A stretch of DNA of 64,000 bases from Pseudomonadota bacterium (GTDB taxonomy: Bacteria > Pseudomonadota > Gammaproteobacteria > Steroidobacterales > JBCBZW01), in the NCBI GenBank assembly GCA_039193195.1, contig JBCCWS010000005.1, positions 154,637-218,636 of the forward strand, in the 5' to 3' direction. Each line of letters begins with the position of its first letter. The stretch's first letter is position 1. Under the pieces are notes generated by a model. The model saw only the letters and a list, made by a program, of their open reading frames with translations, was not told the origin of the DNA and ran no database searches. A program made the translations under genes and the position numbers. Positions 52,135-58,840 of the stretch are shown here, one piece after another.

Positions 52135-53967
52135 GCGAGGCGATGCCCTCTGCTCCCCCGCCCAGCGCTCGGCGAACCGCGAGGCGATCTCTCGCGCGCG
52201 CTCCTGATCCCCCGCGGCCTTGAGCGCTTGCGACAAACCGAACAGCAACAGGACCTGGTCTGGGTCTTGCACGAGTGCCTGCTCGAACACGTCGACCGCT
52301 TCGCTGGGGCGCTGTGCTTCCACCAACGCAGCGCCCAGGGATTGGCGCACCGGGTAGTACCACATGGCCGGTTCGAGGTAGGGCAGCTCGTCCTGCAGCG
52401 CGACGGCCGCGCGGTACGCGTCGATCGCGCCCTCCGAGTCGCCTTCCGCGCGCATTAGACGTCCCTCGATCACGTAGGCCGCGAGGTTGAGCAGGGCCTG
52501 GCCCGGGGTGTCGGGCAGCAGCGTCTCCCAATCGTGCACCGCGGCAATCTCGCGCAGGGTGGCGACCTCAGCGCGTGCCTCCTCGCGCCGTCCGAGCGCC
52601 GTGAATGCATGGGCCCGCGCGTAGTGCCACGCGCCGGTGACGTACACCAGGGCTTCATTCGGTGGCGCCAGCGCCAGCACGTCTTCCGGAGCACTGAACT
52701 GCGCATGGGCGAAGTAGGGTGCGGCGTCCATCAGCTGCGCCCACGGCAGGGTGAGGGACATCTCCAGGTCGGTCAGCTTGCCGAGCTTCTCCGCCGCGCT
52801 CAGGGCACTCGCGCTATCGCCACTTAAGCGTGCAGACTCGAGCACAAAGTGCACGTTGTGAGGGTAGTAGGTGTAGCGGTAGGGCGTGTCCTCGTCCTTC
52901 TGCGCGAGGTAGGCCTCATCCGCCACCATGGCAAGGCGATTGACTCGAATCGAGTCCTCAAATCTTCCTAAGCGAATGAATAGGTGAGAGGGCATGTGCA
53001 CGAGATGGCCAGCCCCTGGCGCCGCGGTGACCAGCTTGTCGGCGTGGGGCGCGGCGAGCTCGGGGTGGTTGGAGGCCTCCACGGCGTGAATATAGAGATG
53101 GATTGCCATTGGGTTGTCTGGGTCGAGCGCGAGGGAGCCTTCGAGCGTCGGCACCAGGGCTTGCAAGTTTGGATGCGCGGTCTTGCCGTCGGCCTCCCAG
53201 TAGTCCCAGGGCTGGGTGTTCATCAGGGCGTCGGCGTAAATTGCGAGGACGTCGGCGTCCTCGGGAAAGCGTTTGGCGACCTGTGCCATCGCCTCAGCGA
53301 AGCGCCGGTTGAGCTCGCCTTGGTCCGCTTGCGGTGAATCGTCATAGCGGCGGGTCATGGCGGTGACGAGCGCGCGTTCGACTGGAGTAGCACCCTGCGC
53401 GGCGGCCTGCGCGTGCTCGAGGGCGGCGATCGCCGGGCCGGCGGCCTGCGGCTCCATGGCGGCATTGATGTTGGGGCCTAGGGCGTAGGCCTCACCCCAC
53501 CAGCACAGAGCGCACTGGGGATCGATGCGCCGCGCTTCGCGGAAGGACGCGACCGCCTCGGGGTGATTGAACGCGTACGCAAGGAGAAGGCCCTGATCGA
53601 AGTAGCGCTGGGCGAGGGGGGCGTTCGTCGTGATGTCGCGATGGTAGACGCCCATGCCCTCTAGCAGTGGGGGGCGTGCAGGCGCGAGTGTGTCCACGGC
53701 CCGTTCGGCCTTGGCGAGTAGGAACTGCGCGAGGTCGAGGCGGCGCTGAAACCCTCGATCGTTAGCCCGCCCGGGCATTCCGCAGACGGCCGCTATTAGG
53801 TGGGCGGGGATTTGCTCGCCGGCGTGGTCGATAAGCGGTGCCAACGCGGGGGCGTGGTCCCCATCATCGTGGGCCATGCCTGGGGCGGCGATGAGCGTTA
53901 GGAGAAGTAGCGCCGCGGCCGCGCGGTCGAGCGTCTTTAGAGGGGTAGTGAGCGAGTGGGCGTGCAT
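52120..53967 (-). CDS. Exported TPR-repeat protein
   Basis: Signal peptide 'AAAALLLLTLIAAPGMA'. 615 aa with multiple TPR-like helical pairs ('AVASFREARRIDPQCALCWWGEAYAL', 'AIDAYRAAVALQDEL', 'AVDVFEQALVQDPDQ'). The 3' end overlaps the convergent kinase gene by 15 nt. Confidence 0.7.
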   Translation of the reverse strand: MHAHSLTTPLKTLDRAAAALLLLTLIAAPGMAHDDGDHAPALAPLIDHAGEQIPAHLIAAVCGMPGRANDRGFQRRLDLAQFLLAKAERAVDTLAPARPPLLEGMGVYHRDITTNAPLAQRYFDQGLLLAYAFNHPEAVASFREARRIDPQCALCWWGEAYALGPNINAAMEPQAAGPAIAALEHAQAAAQGATPVERALVTAMTRRYDDSPQADQGELNRRFAEAMAQVAKRFPEDADVLAIYADALMNTQPWDYWEADGKTAHPNLQALVPTLEGSLALDPDNPMAIHLYIHAVEASNHPELAAPHADKLVTAAPGAGHLVHMPSHLFIRLGRFEDSIRVNRLAMVADEAYLAQKDEDTPYRYTYYPHNVHFVLESARLSGDSASALSAAEKLGKLTDLEMSLTLPWAQLMDAAPYFAHAQFSAPEDVLALAPPNEALVYVTGAWHYARAHAFTALGRREEARAEVATLREIAAVHDWETLLPDTPGQALLNLAAYVIEGRLMRAEGDSEGAIDAYRAAVALQDELPYLEPAMWYYPVRQSLGAALVEAQRPSEAVDVFEQALVQDPDQVLLLFGLSQALKAAGDQERAREIASRFAERWAGEQRASPRLADI

Positions 53968-54144
53968 GGGGAACCCTCCCTGGGGGAATCGAAGCGCAAG
54001 GAATGTATGCGATCAATGTCGTAGAAAGTGTGCCGCAGGCGTAGCGCCGGCGCTACGCAGGGGCGAGCGGGAGCGGGGCGGCGTGCGACGTCCGACCTCA
54101 GAACGAGCACTCGGGTCAAACGTGATCTAAGTCGTGTTGGTCCT

Positions 54145-54215
54145 CTGATTAGGAACTTATTTATAGAATATTAGTTCTAGGAATAAATTAGGTAATTCAG
54201 CGAAATATTACTTTC
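54145..54215. promoter_or_regulatory. 70-bp AT-rich island with repeated TTAGGWA words
   Basis: 'ctgattaggaacttatttatagaatattagttctaggaataaattaggtaattcagcgaaatattacttt' contrasts sharply with the GC-rich surroundings. The words are 'ttaggaac' (54149), 'ctaggaat' (54177) and 'ttaggtaa' (54188). There is an imperfect inverted repeat TAGGAACT...AGTTCTA. It lies just after the stop (54233) of the pseudo-caspase gene and ~180-250 nt upstream of the TPR gene start (53967). Confidence 0.4.
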
Positions 54216-54232
54216 TGGCGTGCTCGAGATGG

Positions 54233-56329
54233 CTAGGGGCCATCCATTCGACCCGTCGTCCGGATCTGCCGAGGCGTCGCGAGAAGGCCCGTGGCCGTGG
54301 ATGCGCGCCCGTTGCCCACTAGCGCCCCCGCTCGGAGCGATACCCCGAGACGTGCTGCGTCCGCGTTCATCTGCTCGGCGAGGTCCTGCAGGGTCACCAA
54401 CCCGTCGTGGCGACCGCCCAGTTCGCCCTGGCGGCGCAGGCTGCGGGCAAAGAAGTAGGCGAAGGGGCCTGCACCGATCGAGACGCGCGGTGCGTCGGGT
54501 GGCGTGATGTTGGCGAGGAGATCGCCCTGATCCAGGGGCAAGGCCCGCAGCAGGGGCGGCCCCAGCGGTGGGGCGAGGACCAGAGTGCGATGGCCGTGCC
54601 CCGTGGCCAGCGTGGCGAGGGTAACCGCGTCGGCCGTGTGCGGGGCAGTGGGGTCGAAGCTAGGTAGCAACAGCGATGGCACCTCATCTACGGCGCGTAC
54701 GTAGCCGGTCACGAAGATCACCACCTCCGCGTCGCTGGCGTGGGCGCGTACCCCGGCGATTACCTCGCGCTTCGATGGGTTGATAAGCAGGTCCGTTCGG
54801 TAGCCGCTGTCGCCGAGCACCGTCGCGACGCGCCGGGCATCTTCCACCGAGTGCTGGCGCGCGTTGAGATGCGCGTAGTCGGCTACGCCGATCACCAAGG
54901 CCCATTTGCGCTGGGCCAAGAACGCCTGGCGCTCGGTGCTCGCCTTCCATGACTGGGGCCCCTCGCCGCTGCTGCTGGGGACAGCATCGGCGAGCACGCG
55001 CAGGTTGCGGCTCGCTTCCGGCGCGTAGGCGCGCAGCGAGGCCAAGGTGTCGGCTTGGGCCATCAGAGTGGGCGTGTCCACGGTGCTGGCGGTGCGCAAG
55101 CGCTCGGCCAGCTGGGCCACTGCAGCCATGTTCGCGAGGCCCGCCGCTTGGCTTCGCGGTGCATCGCTGCGCTCAGCGCGCGCTTGCACTGCCGCGTAGT
55201 CCGTTCGCTCCAGTGCATGCAACGCTGAAAGTTCTTCGAAGACGATCTTGGTGTCAGCGCTCAAGGAGGCGGCCGGTGCGCGCGGCGCCAGCCCTGCGCC
55301 CGCCGCGACCAGTTCGCTGGCGAAGGCCACCGCATCGAGAAGCGCGCTGCATTCGCCCCGGCATGGCGCGCGCACGGAGGTCCACCCGCCGGCACCACCG
55401 CGCACCTGCAGGCGCACCCAGTCGCCAGCAGCCTCGGCGATGTAGTGGGGTGCCTTGTCCGTGAGCTTGCCGACGCCTCGGGCGTCCAGCTGCGGGTCGG
55501 CGCGAAGGGTACGGGTCTGCGCTGCGATGGCCGGCAAGCGCTCGACGAAGGCTTGCGGCAGGATCACATCCAGGAGTTTGAAGCGATCGTGCGTGAGCTC
55601 CGCGGTGAGCCACTGGCTGCCCTGGGCCGTGGGCATCGCAACGCGGTGGGCGAAGCGCGTGCGCTCGCCCATCTTGGGGAAGGCCTGGGCGAAGAGACTG
55701 AGCCGCACGCCGTCGCGCGCGCGGACCAGACGGCCCCACAGGGCGATCGAATAGTCTTGATCCCGCGTGAGGCGCTCCACCTTGTCGAAGTAGCCGAGGT
55801 CACCCGCTCGCGCCGGGGTCACCCCTTGCTGGAAGTTGACCACGGCGAAGGATGGCGCGCGGGCGGAGAACAACAGCTGCTTGGCGATCAGGAAGCTGAG
55901 GTCATCGCCCAAGCCCAACCCGTCTGGATCGTCCAGGGTGAACACCGCCACGCGGTTGTCTGCCTTGGGAAAGTAACGGGTCACCTCATCGCGCAGCTGC
56001 TCCACGTCTGAGGAGAGCGCGTCGAGCGCCTCCCCCACGTTGACGATCCTGCGCGCGCGCCGCCGCGCGGAGCCGCTCTCCGCTCGATCGAGATCGCGGC
56101 GCACGGACTCCCAGCGCCGTCGCAGGTCGCGTAGATCCTCTTCGCTGTGGGCGGCTTCGATGTCCTTCAGGAGCGACTCCAACGTCTGCAGACGTTTGAT
56201 CTCATCGTCCATCGGTACATCGACTGCGGCGTCGCTAGGTGCGACGCTCATCATCAAAGCCGCCACCAACGCTAGCGCAAGGTGGATGCGGTGAGGCTTG
56301 GACAGCGGTAGGCGGTGTAGCGCGCTCAT
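54233..56329 (-). CDS. Exported multidomain protein: coiled coil, LpoB/TolB_N-like module, SH3-like, C-terminal caspase (C14)-like domain lacking the His/Cys dyad
   Basis: ORF 54233..56869(-). The start is set at the ATG at 56329, which forms ATGA with the upstream gene's stop. Signal peptide 'HRIHLALALVAALMMSVAPSDA'. 'NRVAVFTLDDPDGLGLGDDLSFLIAKQLL...ALWGRLVRARDGVRLSLFAQAF'. 'GDWVRLQVRGGAGGWTSVR'. The caspase-like block is 'KWALVIGVADYAHLNARQHSVEDARRVATVLGDSGYRTDLLINPSKREV...AEVVIFVTGYV...RTLVLAPPLG', where the consensus would be ...sGHG... and ...DaC... Confidence 0.75.
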   Translation of the reverse strand: MSALHRLPLSKPHRIHLALALVAALMMSVAPSDAAVDVPMDDEIKRLQTLESLLKDIEAAHSEEDLRDLRRRWESVRRDLDRAESGSARRRARRIVNVGEALDALSSDVEQLRDEVTRYFPKADNRVAVFTLDDPDGLGLGDDLSFLIAKQLLFSARAPSFAVVNFQQGVTPARAGDLGYFDKVERLTRDQDYSIALWGRLVRARDGVRLSLFAQAFPKMGERTRFAHRVAMPTAQGSQWLTAELTHDRFKLLDVILPQAFVERLPAIAAQTRTLRADPQLDARGVGKLTDKAPHYIAEAAGDWVRLQVRGGAGGWTSVRAPCRGECSALLDAVAFASELVAAGAGLAPRAPAASLSADTKIVFEELSALHALERTDYAAVQARAERSDAPRSQAAGLANMAAVAQLAERLRTASTVDTPTLMAQADTLASLRAYAPEASRNLRVLADAVPSSSGEGPQSWKASTERQAFLAQRKWALVIGVADYAHLNARQHSVEDARRVATVLGDSGYRTDLLINPSKREVIAGVRAHASDAEVVIFVTGYVRAVDEVPSLLLPSFDPTAPHTADAVTLATLATGHGHRTLVLAPPLGPPLLRALPLDQGDLLANITPPDAPRVSIGAGPFAYFFARSLRRQGELGGRHDGLVTLQDLAEQMNADAARLGVSLRAGALVGNGRASTATGLLATPRQIRTTGRMDGP

Positions 56330-57261
56330 GGGTTCATCCCGCAGTTGCCTTCCATCAGGGCGGTGAGGGCGGAGACGTCTTCTCCGAGCGCTTCGGCGGC
56401 AGCGATCACCGTGAGCGCACCCGGGCAGTCGCGCCGGCTGGCGATGCCGGCCGCCACGGCCATTAGGACCGCGCCGTAGGTCTGCGGATTCAACTGCGCC
56501 GCGCTCGGGTTGGCCAGGTCTACGGCCGGGTTCTGTGTGGTCACCGGTACCGATACGATATCGTAGGCGTCGCTCACGTGAGAGCGGACCAGAAACTCGC
56601 CCGTGCTTCGGCTCACATCGCCGTGCACCACCGCGTGGGCGCGCAGGGCGCGTGCTAGGGTGCCAGCCTGGGTGATCACACGCGGTTTGGCGTCGCGGCA
56701 GGGGGCGAACACGGGCTGTAAGGCTGGCGGCAAGTGCAGCTGTTGCATCACCGTGAGTAGATCGAACTGCAGCGCTTCGGCCAGGCGGTCCGGGAGATCC
56801 GGAATGTCCTCGCCAAGTGGCGAACGGAAATGCCCGACCACCACCAGGTTGTCCTTCTTCAGCAGGCATTCGGCGAGGGCTGCGGGGAATAGATGCAGGC
56901 GGGTGATGGGGTCCTCGGGGACGCCGTCGACGATCGCCACCTCGAGGGTTTTCGCTGCGAAACGAGGGTGTTCCGCGCTCACCTGCACGATGTGTAGGCG
57001 TTGCTCGCCCGGCAAGTCGATCGTCGCGCTGAAGTGGCCTTGCTCATCGCTGGCCACCTGCCAACGCTCGTCTTCGAAGCGCACGGTAAGCGTGGCGCCC
57101 ACCACCGGTTGGCCGGTCGCGGCGTTGGTGAGGTCGCCGGCGAGCAGGGCGTCGATCGCATAGGCGTTCACGCAAGCGCCCAGGAGCACGCCTGCAGCGA
57201 GCGCAATGGTAAGCTCGCGGCGTCGCCTAGAGCGTGGTGATGCGTAGTCTTGCCAGTCCAT
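56326..57261 (-). CDS. Putative lipoprotein: CarboxypepD_reg-like beta-sandwich + LpoB/TolB_N-like module
   Basis: ORF 56326..57327(-). ATG at 57261 ('MDWQDYASPRSRRRRELTIALAAGVLLGAC|VNA', lipobox-like). 'GQPVVGATLTVRFEDERWQVASDEQGHFSATIDLPGEQ'. 'NLVVVGHFRSPLGEDIPDLPDRLAEALQFDLL...ALRAHAVVHGDVSRSTGEFLVRSHVSD'. It overlaps the upstream TIR gene by 35 nt, so the start is not certain. Confidence 0.65.
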   Translation of the reverse strand: MDWQDYASPRSRRRRELTIALAAGVLLGACVNAYAIDALLAGDLTNAATGQPVVGATLTVRFEDERWQVASDEQGHFSATIDLPGEQRLHIVQVSAEHPRFAAKTLEVAIVDGVPEDPITRLHLFPAALAECLLKKDNLVVVGHFRSPLGEDIPDLPDRLAEALQFDLLTVMQQLHLPPALQPVFAPCRDAKPRVITQAGTLARALRAHAVVHGDVSRSTGEFLVRSHVSDAYDIVSVPVTTQNPAVDLANPSAAQLNPQTYGAVLMAVAAGIASRRDCPGALTVIAAAEALGEDVSALTALMEGNCGMNP

Positions 57262-58087
57262 CGTTGGAGACTTCCTCGCCGCTCTCGCAGCCGTTGCGTA
57301 CCGGAAACTGAGACTGTGTGCCGTCATCCCACCGCACGCTCACGCGCCACTTGCTCAAGGCCTGTCGCTCAAGGCTGGTGGTGGTCACTCGGGCCTGCGT
57401 TTGCGGATCGCGCTGGAGAGGCAGGGCGCGGGATCGATCCGCTTCGTCGGTAAGCTCCAAGGCGCGCGGCGTCACGCGCGTGCCGGTGCTGTCTACGGTG
57501 AACCGGATGATGCACTCTCCGCTCTCGCCCCCACCGTCGATCCAGCTCCAGGCGAGTGCGGTCGCCAGGGCCAGGGTACTGATGCTAGCGATTACAAAGG
57601 TTAGGCTCTGGTTGCGTCTAGGCGGATCGATGACCAGTGGAGGATCGGTGTGTCCGGTTGCGTTGGGTGGCGTTCCGATGTGCGGCTGCAGATCGCGCTG
57701 CAGCAGGGCGAACTCCGGCGTGTCGACTTTCCCCGCCCAGCGCGAAAAATCGAGCGTGTGTAGCCCCTCGAAGCGGAACGGCAACGGGCAGTCGTCGAGC
57801 CGCACGGGCACGAGCTTCCTTTCCTTTAGGCCAAAGGATGCCTCGTCGCGTATGTAGCGCGACTCGACGGCCGCTCGCGACCAAAGCACCACGACGCAGC
57901 CGCTGCGCGTCAGCGCGTCGCCGATCACATCGTCGAAGTGCTCGCCGCCGCGCAGATCCGGATCCCACCATACATCCCAGCCCACCTGCTCGAGGGCCTG
58001 AGCCATGGCGCTGGCCTCGCGGCGTTCCTCGCGCTTGTAGCTCAGGAAGATGTCGGGGCCAGCGGTCTCGTCCGTTGGGGTGCGCAC
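57227..58087 (-). CDS. Membrane-anchored TIR-domain protein (N-in TIR, one TM, ~100-aa extracytoplasmic tail)
   Basis: 'PDIFLSYKREERREASAMAQALEQVGWDVWWDPDLRGGEHFDDVIGDALTRSGCVVVLWSRAAVESRYIRDEASFG' is a TIR_2-type pattern: (D)IF(L/I)SY, ...vvvl.S...v.S.W...E. TM 'LTFVIASISTLALATALAWSWI'. The C-terminal tail has two Cys ('GESGECIIRF...VRNGCESGEE'). Confidence 0.85.
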   Translation of the reverse strand: MRTPTDETAGPDIFLSYKREERREASAMAQALEQVGWDVWWDPDLRGGEHFDDVIGDALTRSGCVVVLWSRAAVESRYIRDEASFGLKERKLVPVRLDDCPLPFRFEGLHTLDFSRWAGKVDTPEFALLQRDLQPHIGTPPNATGHTDPPLVIDPPRRNQSLTFVIASISTLALATALAWSWIDGGGESGECIIRFTVDSTGTRVTPRALELTDEADRSRALPLQRDPQTQARVTTTSLERQALSKWRVSVRWDDGTQSQFPVRNGCESGEEVSNDGLARLRITTL

Positions 58088-58423
58088 CGGGTGATCCTTC
58101 GGGTCCTTAGAGCAACAGCGCTAGGGGCTGACATGATCCCTCACAGGGCAGCTGTACAACGCACGATCCCGTGTGCTGAGCGCGATAAAATCCGATGTTA
58201 CGTTGCCCGACGGGCCTGACAAGCTGCGCGGGTGTTGGCGAGCACACACCCCCGTGGGTACCTCCCAGCCTCTTCGAGGGTTCACCGGGTTTCGAGAAGC
58301 CAGAGAGCCGCCCGCTTGGAACGACTCCAGGGGGTAGCGATCCAATCCGTGTCGGGCTAGTGTCCGCAGCGGTCACCCGCCGCGCCACGCTGCGCTAGCC
58401 GCCAAGGTGCAAGATCGAACATC

Positions 58424-58840
58424 GTGCAGTTGCAGCACTCCCCCATCATCCGCTCGCTCGCGGCGGCCGCCGTCGCGTTCACCTTCTACGCCCTGTGGGC
58501 GTGGTGGGCGAATCGCCTGCATTCCCCCAGCGCACAGCAGACCGCTGCCCTCACGCAGGGGGCGTACAGCGCCTCGGTCACCCTAGCGCTCACCTCGGTG
58601 GTTGAGTTGCTCTACCGAGGGCGTCAGCCACGGCGCCTGCGATTCGCGCGCTGCGTAATCGGCAGCGTGGCGCTGCTGGTGGTCTCCTCCGTGGCCATCC
58701 ATCTCCTCGCGGGCACAGCCGAGCTGTGGTTGACCGTGTTGCCGAGCTGGATCTTCGGCTCCGCTTACGCGGTGGCCTACGCCCTGGCCCTGACCCGCAG
58801 CGACCGCGAGTGCGAGCCGTCGTTGGGTGAGCTGTCATGA
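58424..58840 (+). CDS. Hypothetical 4-TM inner-membrane protein, coupled to the OlsF-like gene
   Basis: GTG start. Hydrophobic segments 'LAAAAVAFTFYALWAWWA', 'ASVTLALTSVVELLY', 'VIGSVALLVVSSVAIHLL', 'LTVLPSWIFGSAYAVAYALAL'. The stop overlaps the downstream ATG (ATGA at 58837-58840). Confidence 0.55.
   Translation: MQLQHSPIIRSLAAAAVAFTFYALWAWWANRLHSPSAQQTAALTQGAYSASVTLALTSVVELLYRGRQPRRLRFARCVIGSVALLVVSSVAIHLLAGTAELWLTVLPSWIFGSAYAVAYALALTRSDRECEPSLGELS

Noticed and set aside
56330-56869. The 180-codon N-terminal extension of ORF 54233..56869, which would make an 878-aa protein.
   Set aside because: The extension is Arg/Pro/Gly-rich and not protein-like, and it completely overlaps the better-supported lipoprotein gene in another frame. 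The ATG at 56329 gives a signal peptide and an ATGA junction with the upstream stop.
54233-58087. Calling the TIR/caspase-like operon a canonical Thoeris (including the TIR-plus-caspase variant) or CBASS system.
   Set aside because: There is no SIR2/SLOG/Macro-type effector or cyclase. The TIR protein is membrane-anchored with an external domain. The caspase-like domain lacks His and Cys and carries a signal peptide. The middle gene is a lipoprotein. It is therefore treated as an unclassified system rather than a known type.
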